Shown here piece by piece: positions 25,620 through 38,808 of a stretch of DNA of 64,000 nucleotides; position 1 is the stretch's first letter; every line of letters begins with the position of its first letter. The stretch is from the NCBI RefSeq assembly GCF_018350175.1, contig NC_058368.1, positions 167,092,001 to 167,156,000 on the forward strand, given 5' to 3'. This stretch comes from Felis catus (taxonomy: Eukaryota). Position numbers and translations under genes: made by a program. Below the pieces are notes generated by a model, which was given only the letters and a program-made list of their open reading frames with translations, was not told the DNA's origin and did no database searches.

Positions 25620-26175
25620 GGCTTTGTTATCATTTTACTAGGTTTTCTCTCATTTTGAGAAGGATTTGGGGAAAGGAGAGAAAGTATTAAACTATTTTGT
25701 ATAAGAGCCTATATTAACAAGAGTGTAGGTAGGAAAGAGCACAATCAGGCAGGCATATTGAGGAAGGTTATTGACAAACCAGTGAGAATGGGCAATAAGG
25801 GATGATTAAACATGTCAGGGCTAGCAAGAGTAGAAACTGTCACCTCCTAGGCATAAAGGGGAAGGAGAGAGAGGAACTATACTTGAGAGACTCAAAAAGG
25901 AGCTGTGACTTTTAGCAGAAGAACCCAGCCAGCCAACAACATTGCAGCACAGGGTGGGAGTGGAGTGGGGTTAGCAGGAAAATAAATGCCTTGACTTCAT
26001 TCTCCTTATTCTTTCTACTGTCCAGTGGGTGACTCCCCATAGGCAAATCTGGCTGGAAACCGGAGGGCATGTGAGCCAGTTTGTGTCATCTGTAAAGGAC
26101 AACCTCCTGGGGTACAGAGAAGACATAAAAGCATGAATGAGTGTGGAGAGTCGTTCTTGAGGGACAAATGTAAAT
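25620..26175. mobile_element. Old ERVL-type LTR fragment (LTR33-like)
   Basis: ggctggaaaccggagggcatgtgagcc...aacctcctggggtacagag motif. Confidence 0.5.
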
Positions 26176-26329
26176 TACTTGGTCTTCAGAGCTTCTCTAT
26201 TACCCTCCAAATCCATTTTTAGTAATATTTTTATTAATGAGTATGTTTGTGGTATGTGTGTATGTGTGCACTATGTATAAAGACACAGAGAAAAGCTGAG
26301 AAGAGGCACAGAACAAGTATGCATGATAA

Positions 26330-26520
26330 TAATTACTTACATACTCTAGGTGTGTGCCAGGTACTTTTTGAACACTTTAACTATATCAACGCATTTATTC
26401 ATCATAGTAATTCCATGAGGTAAGTACTATTATAAATTCCCATTTTCCAGATAAGGAAACTAAAGCATAACTTAAGGAACTTCCCCTGTCAAATAGCTAA
26501 TAAATGGAAGAACTGAGACT
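26330..26520 (-). mobile_element. MIR fragment (similar fragments at about 8450-8640, 18870-19060, 43570-43750, 49770-49990)
   Basis: tgtgccaggtact...cccattttccagataaggaaactaaag core. Confidence 0.7.
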
Positions 26521-26640
26521 TGCCATATATTGGAGCCAATCGATAAAGCTGGATAGTTGTGTTTATGTGTTTGGCAAGTACATTCATATCAAAACAAATG
26601 TGTGTATTACTTCTCCTTTTTCATTAGAAATGCAAATACT

Positions 26641-26867
26641 GGGGCGCCTGGGTGGCACAGTCGGTTAAGCGTCCAACTTCAGCCAGGTCACGATCTCGCG
26701 GTCCGTGAGTTCGAGGCCCGTGTCGGGCTCTGGGCTGATGGCTCAGAGCCTGGAGCCTGTTTCTGATTCTGTGTCTCCCTCTCTCTCTGCCCCTCCCCCG
26801 TTCATGCTCTATCTCTCTCTGTCCCAAAAATAAATAAACGTTGAAAAAAAAAATTAAAAAAAAAAAA
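26641..26867 (+). mobile_element. Young felid CanSINE
   Basis: Near-identical to the 938 and 47116 copies; perfect 15-bp TSD agaaatgcaaatact at 26626-26640 and 26868-26882. Confidence 0.97.
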
Positions 26868-26905
26868 AGAAATGCAAATACTACTTCTAAATACTCATGC
26901 CTTAC

Positions 26906-28045
26906 CTGCCCTGCCTCACTCATTTACATTACTTGTCTGTCCTCTGAAGGAATGTGAATCTGAGACTAGAGACCTCCTGATCTAAGCGAAAGGGTGGACT
27001 GAGTAAAGTTTGTATGTATTGTTTCTCCTTAGCCAAATCTTCAGTTAGATACGACTTGACAAGGGGTATAGATTCTCCTCCCTCAGCAAGTACCTCAAGT
27101 GCAGCTGTTCTTTGTTGCCAATTTTAAAGATATGTCTCTTAAAAGACAGCTTACTCTCTAGATCCCTAAAATCAAGTCTCTTACTGTTTCAGTCAATTCA
27201 AGGGCAATTCATGACAACTTGACAACTGAGTCTTCTTAGGTACTTTTGTCCACACCAAGAAGCTCCTTCTTCCAAAGGAACCAGCTGGATAGCAGGCACT
27301 TTTTCTGCATAGAAGGAACAGAGAATCTATAAATTGGTCCCACAATGTAAAAAAGATTGAGGTTTCCTTCATATGTTTCTAAAAACAATAAAGGAATTTC
27401 TCTTTGAAATATATTCAGTTGACAGATCTGAATTTAGCCAAAAGGAAGAGAATTAGAAAATGTTTTAACCAAATTGCCTCTTCTGTCAATTCCTGAAGGA
27501 TCTAAAAAGTATTATTTTCAATTTTATGTAAGGAGCACAGGTAGCTTTATACTTTCATGAAATACTTAAGCCAGAGAAATAAAATACCCTCCGATTGTTC
27601 AGTTCAGTTTGGTCCCATTCCTTCCTTTAATTTTGTGTGGTATGTTTTGTTTAGCTTTTAATATGGACTCGGGAGAGCTAAGCGGTGGGTGGTGCTTGGT
27701 TTTATTTTGTATACAGTATTTTGGGCATTATTAAAAATGTTTTATTATTTTCACATGGAGTAGTAAAAATCCTTTAAAATTAAACCAAACACAGGGCAGA
27801 ATTGAAGATAACAAATAATTCAGTTTTTTGTGGAAAATTCCCACTGAAAAATAGTTCTGTCTGGCATGTGTCTCAGTTTTGTCTCAGCCATGGTGCTAAG
27901 CAACCACTGCAGAACCGGGTTGGTTATATGCTAAAGAAATGGAGATAATTGCTGAGGAAGGTAAGACGATGGTATCAGAATCATATGTTTTTATGATTAA
28001 TACTATAAAACTCTCTGCCTAATACTGTTGCTTTTTCTGTTGTGA
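26906..28045 (-). pseudogene. Exon remnant, about 1.1 kb (alternative acceptor at 27930)
   Basis: Donor GCAG|gtaagg; HITNPVLQWLLSTMAETKLRHMPDRTIFQWEFSTKN*IICYLQFCPVFGLILKDFYYSM, EQSEGILFLWLKYFMKV*SYLCSLHKIENNTF*ILQELTEEAIWLKHFLILFLLAKF, WQQRTAALEVLAEGGESIPLVKSYLTEDLAKEKQYIQTLLSPPFRLDQEV. Confidence 0.72.
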
Positions 28046-28082
28046 CTGTTGAAATTTTGTAGATTTATTTTTTAACTAATTA

Positions 28083-28288
28083 ATTTTTTAAACGTTTATT
28101 ATTTTTGAGAGACAGAGACAGAGTGCAAGTGGGGGAGGGGCAGAGAGAGGGGGTGACACAAGTCCAAAGCAGGCTCCAGGCTGAGTTGCCAGCACAGAGC
28201 CCAATATGGGGCTTGAACTCACGAACCGTGAGATCATGACCTGAGCCGAAGTTGGATGCTTAACTGACTGAGCCACCCAGGCGCCCCC
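28083..28288 (-). mobile_element. CanSINE
   Basis: aacgtttattatttttgagaga...agccacccaggcgcccc. Confidence 0.95.
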
Positions 28289-28414
28289 AGATATATTCTT
28301 CAACTTATCAAGAGGAGACTTTTACCAACATACAATCAAAATTTTAAATATTCACCTGTTCTAGCTAAATCTATGCATTCATTCTCATTATAACCTATCG
28401 TTACAAATATGTAC

Positions 28415-28572
28415 TGAAGGCAATTGACAGCACAACCATAAGAAAACTGTCTCCCATAGGACTTCTACAGATGCACACAGGAAATCAATTCTTATATTGA
28501 CAGGATAGGAAAACACAGAAGTCCCAACTGGGAAACTTTCCTGCTGTGCCTTTACCTCATACTACTCTAGAG
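28415..28572 (-). pseudogene. Exon remnant, 158 nt, phase 1 to 0
   Basis: atttatacag|CT CTA GAG; (A)LE*YEVKAQQESFPVGTSVFSYPVNIRIDFLCASVEVLWETVFLWLCCQLPS|gtacat. Confidence 0.72.
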
Positions 28573-28643
28573 CTGTATAAATATTAAAAGGATAAATTCA
28601 TTTTATAAACAAACTAAACATCAACCCAATGAGACATTTTCAC

Positions 28644-28977
28644 CTCAAAGTAATAAAGAAATCAATTTGGATCCCTTTGGGGGGAAATTAAAAACAGAGT
28701 TAAGTAATAAAAAACAAGCTAGTACGTTTGGGAGAAACATTTTTATGGGATGAAGGTTGGAAGTTGCAATGATAGTGTGTGGGGGAAGAGGACAGAAATA
28801 AATGCAGCAAGACTTAAATAGTTCTTTGCTTTCTTTAATGTTGAGGGATATGGTATTTAACCTATGGTTCCTTTGTTTGTGCACCCGCCTGTATAACATT
28901 GTGCCTTGAGGGTAATTGCAAAGGCACAGATATTGATTTGCTCCCTTTAAAAGAAAGGATGATGTTCTTTCTTGCAT
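28644..28977 (-). pseudogene. Exon remnant, 334 nt, 110 open codons
   Basis: Strong pyrimidine tract with mutated acceptor (ggctaa|); ORF track 28645..28977 MQERTSSF...KLISLLL* then G|gtgaaa, phase 1 matching the next exon across a 71-nt intron. Confidence 0.75.
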
Positions 28978-29071
28978 TTAGCCAAAAAAAGAAAGGAAAT
29001 TATTGTAAATGTATTCTATTCTGCTCTAACATTTTTTAATTAAGCTACTTTTCCTTTTATGGTTACAGTAC

Positions 29072-29601
29072 TTAGATTAATCAAGAGTGTAACAGCTGCA
29101 GCAAAGAATCTATGGGTTCTTTATTCTAGCACAGAAAAATAAGCCTCCCAAAATAGGAGACTACGTAACATATTCTTTTACGAAAAAGCCTTTGATAATT
29201 ACTCCCAATAGTTAAACATTTCTTTCAACCTTTTACTATATTAATCTGGATGTCATATTTCTACCTTTAATAATAATTTCGGTTACTCATTTGCAAGTGT
29301 ATCTCCTCAGATTCAGATAATTCTTCATCCCTATTTGACTTATTACCGTCTGCTTCTTCCGCTAAAGATAGACCATGTTTAATGACAATATTATGCAAAA
29401 TACCACCCGGCAGGAATTTTTTGCCTGCTTTACGAGGGCAAAGAAATAATGTTTCCCCAGATTTGCCTAGACATCAAAACCTCAATTTTAGGATATTCTC
29501 TGGAGTTAACCTCAATAACCATTCAGATAAAAAAAAAACTGATTTTTATTACTTTTTCATTGGCAGAGACATTCAAAGGGGAACCAAAAAGAGGCAGATA
29601 A
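29072..29601 (-). pseudogene. Exon remnant, about 530 nt
   Basis: ttgtttgtttttaag|T TAT CTG; YLPLFGSPLNVSANEKVIKISFF, KAGKKFLPGGILHNIVIKHGLSLAEEADGNKSNRDEELSESEEIHLQMSNRNYY; frameshift likely near a T10 run. Confidence 0.68.
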
Positions 29602-29781
29602 CTTAAAAACAAACAATCTGAAGTCTATAATTGTGTTTTAAGAAAAAAATTTATGTTATAAACAGACAGCATTTTATAGAATTACTCAAAAACCAAATTG
29701 TCTGAATTTATAAAAAGCCATGCATTTCTGAAGCAGATTGTCTTAAGATGAATGAATCATGACATGATCCTGGGTACTTAG

Positions 29782-30088
29782 CTATGACATCTGTTAGGTG
29801 GTAAATTGCATCGCACGCCACATGCATAATGAAGGAGAGAACAGTTTTTAGTTCCTAGAGTGTTCCTCATGTGAAGATGTACAAATAGAGGCAGCAAAAC
29901 CCAGGCCAGATGGAAGAGTCCTGATGCCGGAGACTGCCTGTGACTTGCTAGTAGTGCTAGGTGTCTCTTAAAAATGTATAGCCTGATGAGGTCTCCAGGG
30001 AAATGTGTTTATAAGCTGTTCAATATTCTATGTTATGGCAAAGCAGTGCAGTTACCGTGAAGAATCCGTGCCAAAAGTTAGACCACCC
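29782..30088 (-). pseudogene. Exon remnant, about 307 nt
   Basis: tacttctcacag|GGG TGG; GWSNFWHGFFTVTALLCHNIEY then THFPGDLIRLYIFKRHLALLASHRQSPASGLFHLAWVLLPLFVHLHMR; donor mutated to ctaagt. Confidence 0.65.
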
Positions 30089-30596
30089 CTGTGAGAAGTA
30101 GCTACTGGGTTAATACATGAGTCGTTTATTCTTCACAATGAGATATGCAGAAAGCATTTTAGAACTTAGTATAAAAATAAGAATAAATTAGTTAACAAGG
30201 AAAGTTACTTTGAAGATTGAAGACTGGTTTTGTATTTTATAAATGAGCAAATACTGTGTTTCATACTTAGGGTAGATAATTGTGGAGTGACCTGATGTTG
30301 GGTCAGGAAATAACTCACCAGGTTCCATTATTTACCAAGCTAAATATAATCTTTACACTTACTAAAAGGAATGTGTAACATGCCTTACATATATATGTGC
30401 AGAAACATGCATTTATGTCCTATATACATACAAGTATATGCATGGACACATTTACATTTAGTTTGTCGATTAATTGTTATACTTACAGTTTAGGTCTGGG
30501 ACAGTCTGTCAAAAAAATGCTAAGATTTTGATCTTCTGGGAGCTGGGTGAAAGAGAGGTATATTAGAAAGTCCTCCCCTTTAGAATGTACATTTAC

Positions 30597-31201
30597 TCCT
30601 ATTTTGAATTGCCCTCAAGGGGAACTTTGCTGTCAGTCATATAGTCAATCATTCATGTTCCCAAGTTTTAATTCTGCTAACTCACTAGCCATAAGATAGA
30701 ACAACTTAAAGACTTCACTGTATCCCTGTAATATGAAAAATGTAAAAGACTGGGAAATCACTTAGTGGGTATTTTGAGTATCGGTTTTCTTTTCAACTTT
30801 TCTACAGTGGGCAACTTATTTAATGCCTAAATGTTCTTTCTCTGTTCCCTTCACTGGGGCACAATACTTAACAGTGCTTGGTTTGCCAGCACTGGTGATA
30901 GATTCTCTGCAAATTTAAAACACTTCCATGGGTTCAAGCAGAGGGAGGTGTATCACTGCCTGTTGGTAAAGTTGGCACTTACACAATACAGACATAACAC
31001 AGAATTTGTCTTTCCCAAATGGGATAGAGAGGAGTGCCCTGAAGACTGGAAATGCTGAGAATCCTTTCGGAGGCAAAATTAATGACAGAGAGACTGCTTC
31101 TTTCAGGTATGTAATTCTTCATTCAAGTAAGGCTTGACTTCCTATGATATGGAACTTAAGGAAAAGCCTCAGGATTTGGAGGTTAAAATTTATTTGTTTC
31201 T
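30597..31201 (-). pseudogene. Exon remnant, 605 nt, phase 1 to 0
   Basis: ctcttcttttatggctttag|AG AAA; KQINFNLQILRLFLKFHIIGSQALLE*RITYLKEAVSLSLILPPKGFSAFPVFRALLSIPFGKDKFCVMSVLCKCQLYQQAVIHLPLLEPMEVF...GYSEVFKLFYLMASELAELKLG...|gtaaat. Confidence 0.75.
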
Positions 31202-32000
31202 CTAAAGCCATAAAAGAAGAGTCAGAGTGAATTTTACAATACAGAACAAAAATAGTTTTCATTTCATGAAATTACAGTTTTAGAACAGTTGTTTCACCAT
31301 AAAATTGTACATTCTAACTAAAGAGTATTTCAAATACATAGAAATGTATATTTAGAAAATAATTATCAAGAGATTTACCAGCCAACGAACAACTATAAAT
31401 ATTTTGATATATTCCTTTTTATTTTTTTAATGTATCAGTGAGTGTTTTTCCCCAAAGCTGTAATCATAATGTTCGTTGGATTTTGTCTTTTTTCATTTTT
31501 TATATACTACTTGTGCTCTTATTGTTACCTACTCCTCTTGAGCAATGCTAAATTCTACAGAATAATCCATCACATATGTATATTCATAGGTATCTGCTTC
31601 CTCGTCATTGCATACTTAGGTAGAATAAAAGTTTTTGCTTTCATAAATACTGCTACTGTTAATATTTTATTGTTTACATTTTATTTTATATATACATCAT
31701 TCTTTCAGGAGAGATATGTGAATGAAAAGATAATAGCATCTAAGAGTGTGGTCTTTCTCACTAAATTGCTTTCTAAAATTACCACCAGCAATTATAAAAA
31801 ATGTACATTTCAACTTCACTCCCCCCAGCCATATGTTTTTTTCATTATCCTTTTAAGCGTTTTTAAAATTGAGAGGTTAAATACACTAAATCATTTTAAT
31901 TTGTGTTTATTTGGTTTTTAGTGAAATTGGGCATCATTTTTCCAGATATGTGTTTATGGTTCCAATTTCTCTTTAGCATAGTTTTTTGTGTTTTGGCCCA

Positions 32001-32210
32001 TTTTGTTTTTTTTTTTTTTTTTTTTTTTTTTTATTAATTTTGAGAGAGGACAAAAGAGACCATGAGTAGGAGAGGGCAGAGAGAGAGAGAGAATCCCAAG
32101 CAGGCTCCACAGAGCATGACATGGGTCTTGAGCCCACAAACTGTGAGATCGTGACCTGAGGCAAACTCAAGAACTGGACCCCTAACCAACTGAGCCACCC
32201 AAGCACCACC
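32001..32210 (-). mobile_element. CanSINE with long poly-A
   Basis: Long T run, then body to gagccacccaagcacc. Confidence 0.9.
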
Positions 32211-33043
32211 CCCGCCCCTCCATTTTCTTAAGTTTTAATGTTGGTTTGTTCAGTTTAATGATATCATTTTTTATATATTTTATTTGATATTTGTTATAAA
32301 CAGTATTAGCCTTTACTTTTTACATTGTCTGATATGCTTTTCTAAAAGACTGATTCTTTTAATTTGGTTATGTTATGCAGAAATACTCATTTTTTTACTA
32401 AAATTTATCAGTTTTTTCCTGCCTTTGTAGGTTTTTAAAGCCTTTTTCTCCTAAGATTGTACTTAAGTGTTCATTCCTAGATTGGTTGTTTTTATTGCTG
32501 CTACTGCTGTGGTAATATGATGGTGGTGGATATTCAGCCTTTTGATATTTTGATCTTTAATATTTAATGTTCCAATTCACTTGAAGTTATTTTAGGTGAT
32601 AAAGTGTGAATATATAAATTTACTTTTGTCCAAATGCCTAATCAGTTATCACAAGTACATTATGCAGCTAAATTCTAAATGCTTACATGGAAGTTTTAGC
32701 TTATATTTATTGCAGTAAAAATTATTAAAATGAAGAGATTATTACATCAAAGTAAAATTCTGCCCTGACTTAGGCATTTATGGAACCAGAAGCCATAATC
32801 ACTAAGTGTCGCAGGGCTTTGTAACTAAGCCTCTCTCTCTTCTCTTCCAGTACCAATCAAAACTTTATTTTCTGTGACTGGTGCCAGTTGCTTTTTTGAC
32901 CTTATACAAATGAATCAGTTGACACAATAATCATTCAACTCATGAATAACCTTTAAAAAATTCTCACATACTTATCAGTGGGAGGCCCACCTTTGGTAAA
33001 GCATTTTGACAATGTCTATCAGATTTTTAAAAGTATATATTTT

Positions 33044-33245
33044 GGGGGCTCCTGGGTGGCGCAGTCAGTTAAGCATCTGACTTCTGCTCAGGTCATGATC
33101 TAAACAACTAGTGAGTTCGAGCCCCATATCAGGCTCTGTACTGTCAGCAGGGAGCCCGCTGTTGATCCTCTGTCTCTCTCTCTCTCTCTGCACCTCCCCC
33201 ACTCATGCTCTCACTCTCAAAAATAAATAAACATTTTTAAAAAAA
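33044..33245 (+). mobile_element. CanSINE
   Basis: gggggctcctgggtggcgcagtcagttaag head; atatatttt on both flanks. Confidence 0.93.
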
Positions 33246-33896
33246 CATATATTTTTGACCAGAAACTTGTCTGTTTTAATACATGCCCTACACATATATT
33301 CCTGTAGGTGTATGCTGATGTAGACAGAGACTAGGATGTTCCCTGGAACACTGTTAGCAATAGCAAATAGTCTAAGTATAAATAAACTAAATGTCAGTGA
33401 GTGGGGAACTGTTTATTCAAACTATTGAATTTTGAAACAATACAACACTATGCAGCTACTAGAAGAGAATGAGGTGGAGCAGGGTATGATGACATGGAAA
33501 GATCTCCAAGGAGATTTACTAAATTGAAAATACAAGCAACCAAAAATTGAGAATAGTACAATACCTTTTACATACATTGTGATAAATATGTTTATATGTG
33601 TGTGTATCAATGTCTATATAGATACAGTAATTGAAATGGGAAATGTGTACGGATATAGATAAACATAGATATAGAGCTATGGATGAGAACATGCATATGA
33701 ATGAAGATATAGCAGTACATACAATTACAGACATAGAAATAGAGCTGGAGATAGAGACATAGAGATTGCCCTCATTTTCCAGAATTCAGCATGTCCAGTG
33801 CTCAGACACTTGACTTCTTTGTGTCTCTTCTGTTCTCTAGTTACAGTCTCATCCTTAATGATGTCACCCAGATTCTTGACTTTAAATACAACCTAT

Positions 33897-34115
33897 GGGG
33901 CTCCTGGGTAGCTCAGTTGGTTGAGCATCCAACTCTTCTTGAGTTTGGCTCAGGTCACAGTCCGAGGATTGTGGGATGGAGCCCTGTGTTGGGCTTCATG
34001 GTGAGCGTGGAGCCTTCTTTAAGATTCTTTCTCCCCCTTCCTCTTTCCGTTTCTCCTTCTTGTGTGTTCTCTCTCTCTCTCCCTCTAAAAACATAAAAAT
34101 TAAACAATAAAAATA
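33897..34115 (+). mobile_element. CanSINE (older)
   Basis: ggggctcctgggtagctcagttggttgagc head. Confidence 0.88.
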
Positions 34116-34629
34116 ATAAATACAATATATATGCTGAAAATAGCAAAGTTTATGTCTCGAGCTAATCTACCCTGAACCTATTCAATCATTTATTCAAGAA
34201 AAACAGGGTCAAAGTAATGGAAATTCCACAGTAAATAAGACAGCTATCCAGGCCTTTATGAAGCCTATTCATATTCATTTAATTATCCTTGCAAGATCTA
34301 AGCTTCCAACACTAAATTCCAAGATTTTTCTTACCTCAATCTCTTCTTCCCCATATTTCCCCACTTTATTAAGTGGAAATGCCATTCTTTTAGTTGTTCA
34401 GGCAGATACACTATTTTTTATCTTCTATTTTTTTCTCTTATCCCACATCCTACACTATGTAGGACCAATATTGTAATTAATAAGACATGAATATAATATT
34501 TGATTTAATTATATATGCTGGGGTTATTTATGATATTTTCAATTGTAAAATGATAGTGATGTTAATTTAGCATGATTACTAATTACACCTGGAAAGATCT
34601 CTGACCAATACATGTTTTATGGATACATC

Positions 34630-34840
34630 ATTTTTTTAAACGTTTATTTATTTATTTTGAGAGAGACAGAGCGCATGAGTGGGAGAGAGGCTAGGAGAAA
34701 GGAGAAAGAGAAAATCCCAAGTAGGCTCCATGCTCAGCATAGAGCCCCATGCAGGGCTCAGTCCCACCACGTCAGGATCATGAACTGAGCCAACATCAAG
34801 AGTCAGATGCTCAACTGACTTAGCCACCCATGTACCCGTA
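34630..34840 (-). mobile_element. CanSINE
   Basis: Body with flanking tacatcattttt duplication. Confidence 0.9.
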
Positions 34841-35616
34841 GGGGTACATCATTTTTATCCACATTAAATATTTTGCTACTTAAGGTGATATTAGTACCAA
34901 TTCTAGTTTAACAATTGTACATATCATGCAGATCCAGAAATGCTTTTTTGAAGAATGGAAGTGATTTTTGGTAGTATGTGAATGTTTTGTTATTTATAGT
35001 AACAAACCCTCTTTCCTGATTCTCATGTATGAAGAAAAATGTTAAAGGGTTAAAGGTCTATCTCCTATTGACTCTAATTTCCATAGGGTCTAATATTCAT
35101 TAGTGTTCCAAATCAGACCCTCTGAAAATAGTATTAACTTTTCCAGGCCACAAGCAATGCATAAAGCTTAGCATGAAGAAATAAAGAAAAAATCCAATTA
35201 AAATGGCATCAGAACATTCAGGTGGTTGTCTATGGTCCCAAAAGGACTGAATTGAAAACTCATCAAAGTACAGGCTGCTCTCACTCTTTTGTCTCTCTGC
35301 CTCTCACCCCCTCCCCCATTTTCTCTTTTTTTCTCTCTCCCCACCTTTCTGTCTCTGTCTCCCTCCATTCCCCCATCTACTTCCTCCCTCCCTCCCTCAC
35401 ACCCACCTATACATACATATTTCCTTCATGCCCAACAGATAAAATCATATGAACAACTTCTTAAGAAATTTTATCACTTTCACATAAAGACCTACTGAAC
35501 AAAAATATATCTCTAAGAATTAAAATTCCACCAATACCAATCAAAATATGAATCTACTGATTTGAAACATTTAAACTAAAAAGAATAACATGGTTCCAAG
35601 CAAGTAATATAAGCAC

Positions 35617-35793
35617 CTGAAGTGGGGAAGTCACATGCAAGGAGGCTGGAAGAAGCATTTCTGAATTCACTAAAATGAAGCTTCCAAAAACCAAGTGGCC
35701 AGCTGGGAAACCCAGCAGCTGCACACCTATTAGCCATTTTCATGTAAATTATGAATCCAGCAAGCAAGTCAAAAATACTGACAAACATTTAAG
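35617..35793 (-). pseudogene. Exon remnant, 177 nt, phase 1 to 1
   Basis: ataactctag|CT TAA ATG; MFVSIFDLLAGFIIYMKMANRCAAAGFPSWPLGFWKLHFSEFRNASSSLLACDFPTS G|gtgctt. Confidence 0.65.
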
Positions 35794-37450
35794 CTAGAGT
35801 TATAGTCACTAATCAAAGGCTTGCCTTCACCTGTGCTCAGTGGGAACTGTGCTTTATTCCTTTCTTGGCCTTTACTTTCAAGCTAACAGAACACAATTAA
35901 CCAAGAAGCAGCACAATTAACCAAGAAAAGCCATCAAACAGTAAGTTATTCAGGAAAATGCCATGCCAATGTATTTCATTCTTGGCTCCCTCTAAAGCAG
36001 ACAATTTTATACCCTTTTATATTAAGAAGAATAAGGATATACGGCACTCCACTTTCCTTCTCTCTATGCTGCTGCTGTTCCTCTTGCCTTTCTGAATCCT
36101 CCTTGAATTTCTTTGCTGATTTCTGTCCCTCTGATAACAAATTAAAGGTGGATAAAACTCAAGTACCCATTTTTGGCCTTCTGTCTTTCTACTGTACTCT
36201 TTCCCATGACAAATATCACCATTCCAGTGGTTTCAGCTTTGTATCCATATGTGGTCTTCCATGAGAGTTGCTCTCACAAAACTTACCATGCTGAATGTTT
36301 AACTCTTAAAAAACCATGTTGCTCTTGTGTCTTCCATATCTCAGTTAAAACCCCCCACACCCCTACCCCCAGCCCCAGTTTTCTAGATTCTTCAGGGCCA
36401 CAACCATAGATTGCATTCTACTTATCTGGCCCCTCATACTAAATTAGTCACCAAATACTGTTGCTCTGACTCTAAAATCCCCCTTAGTCATTAACTCCCT
36501 GCTGTAACCTTCATTACCTCTCAGCCGGAATATAAAGATCATTATAATCGTCCAAATCCTATCCACCACATGGGGATTTGAGGCTGAAGAACAATCCAAG
36601 TGACTGGCAGGGGTTCTGCATGGTAGATAGTCTTCTAGGAGAGAGAAAGGTCAAAGTCTCTGGGGGATAAGAATGAGCCAAAGGCGTGGAAATTTGGAGA
36701 CAGATAATCTAAAGGCAAGAGGCAGGAATTAGGAATTTAAATTTGAGTGGAGCAGGTACGGAATAAGCAAGATGGTCCTAAACAAATGCACTGAGTAATA
36801 TGGGACACCTGTACTCTGCTTTGTCATTCAGTGAACTTGTGTGTATAGCTAGCCAACTGAGGAAAAATGCCAGGACGCAGTCTCACTGTGCTCATTCTCT
36901 ATCCTCAAATCCCTCCTTAGTCCTGCTGGCATCATCTTCTCAAAGCCCAACTGTGATCCTGCCACTCCTTTGGTGAATGGGTCCCCTATGCATATAGGAT
37001 AAAATCTAAACTGTTTCTCTTAGAATTCAAGATCCTTCTCAGATGAGGCTCTGTGGGTCCCCTCACCAGTCTCCCATCTTTTTGAATTACCTCCATGATG
37101 ATGAGATACCCTGGGAAATGTGAGGACAAACAAAAGGATGTTATCTTGGAAACAGTGGGGCAGGGTCTTTCATGCTTTCTGAATACCCCATCACAATTAG
37201 AAAGCTGCTCCCCAAGATGCAGTGCATGAGTTTTAAAATCCTGTCATTATAGTTACTAATTTTTAGCTAAAACCTGATTGAGAAAGGCCCAAGATAACCC
37301 CATCTCCCAGTTGTGTCTCCTGCTCACCAGTGACGTTTATACAAAATGGAATATGTTATAATCAAAAGCTTGTTTTCTGTCACCCTCTCTTTAATTTGAA
37401 ACCTAAGTACTCAAGCTTACTTCTTTATCTCCATCACTTTAAAAAAATAC

Positions 37451-37866
37451 CAGATAACATCTTTTCCATCAGTAGTATTCATTTTATTTGTATTCTTTTC
37501 ATAGTTCCCCTGAGATGTCTCAAACTTCTTTTATTAAGACCCTCCAGGCCTTTCTGTAATATGTAATAAGGGTGTATTTACATCACACTCCCACTGAACA
37601 AATCAGTACAACATAAGTAAATTATTCCACAAACTTTCTCAGAGTCTGGCTCCTTGGCTAAAAACCATGTGTATCACAGTTTTTACAAAAACACATACCA
37701 CTTCCTCAATAGAATGGGGTGGCTCCATCTGTGTGGTTCTATTCAACTATTGTACAGCATGTGAACACATATTTATGAATCATTTGTCCAACAGACCTTA
37801 TTGGATCCTTAACACCTGCCATGTAAAACATATCTTAAGACATATGATAAAAATATTTCCAAACTC
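37451..37866 (-). pseudogene. Exon remnant, about 416 nt
   Basis: ttgttttggtttctcag|GA GTT; (G)VWKYFYHMS*DMFYMAGVKDPIRSVGQMIHKYVFTCCTIVE; donor |gtattt. Confidence 0.62.
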
Positions 37867-38288
37867 CTGAGAAACCAAAACAAAGCAGCTCTTTTTAAGT
37901 TTAATATAGCAAAGAAATAAATTTAGTTAAAACATATTCCTAAGCTGGACTTGAAAAAAAAAGTAATACCACTTTCAAAAGATGATAGTGAAAAAACCCT
38001 AAGAAGATTCAAAGGGATGACTGTTAGTGATGCGCAGGCCTCACGGCAGACCCACAAGGGTCTCTCTACTTCAGAGTAACCATGCCGTCAAAGCTCCCTC
38101 TTTCTTCTGACATCTGCCTTCTCATTAATTTTTAAACCCATGAATGTACTTTTAGGAAAGCTTTACCTCTTTTGTTTTTTACCTTTGCTGTTCCCTTCAT
38201 TTTGTATTTATTCTGAAAGTAATATAAAATGTACATAGTATCAAAGGGTAGTGCTGATACCAAAAATGTTAAAATCATAATTTCACAC

Positions 38289-38730
38289 CATTTTTGCGAT
38301 GAGTAGTAGATTGCTGGTCCAAATAGCATCTGTCCTCAGAACCGTCTTGTGACCGGAGTTGTTTTGGTTCATTCACATCTCCTGCTTTTCTCACTGTAGC
38401 ATTACCCACTCAACACTGAAATAGCTAATCATTTCACTGACAGCTATCTGACTGATTTGTAGATAGAGTACTAAACAACTGGGTTGCCTGCTATTTCCCC
38501 CTGCATTTTCCCCTACATTGATCAAATAATCCTGAATCACTGTGCCGCAGCCTTCTTTCTCACCTATTGACTTCATGCTCATTTTCTTCTCTACAGACTC
38601 TATTTCATTTCCTCTTTATCTGACTCAGCCTCGTTTTCACTTTATCATAGGTAGCAAGTCAATTTCCAGTCACGGGTTATCAGTAAAGATTATCAGGGTG
38701 GACATCTGTCTCCCACATGAAAAAAAAAAT
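38289..38730 (-). pseudogene. Possible exon remnant (charged segment)
   Basis: Ends VGNATVRKAGDVNEPKQLRSQDGSEDRCYLDQQSTTHRKN G|gtgtga (phase 1 match); 5' end uncertain. Confidence 0.5.
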
Positions 38731-38757
38731 CTGGATGATTAGATGTATGAGGACATA

Positions 38758-38758
<1 letters not shown>

Positions 38759-38804
<46 letters not shown>
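38759..38804 (+). repeat. (CA)n microsatellite; others at about 42996-43016 (TG)n and 54190-54220 (AC)n
   Basis: Direct reading. Confidence 0.95.

Positions 38805-38808
<4 letters not shown>

Noticed and set aside
27930..31110. Plus-strand exons suggested by donors GAAG|gtaaga (27960) and CAG|gtatgt (31106)
   Set aside because: No coherent plus-strand frame or exon chain; the minus-strand model explains these blocks. An antisense lncRNA cannot be excluded without RNA data
31442..31921. 159-aa hydrophobic plus-strand ORF
   Set aside because: T-rich, old-L1-like low-complexity sequence without splice or homology support
37740..37866. SPT3/TAF13-like histone-fold resemblance (DMFYMAGVKDP)
   Set aside because: Too short and weak to support a call
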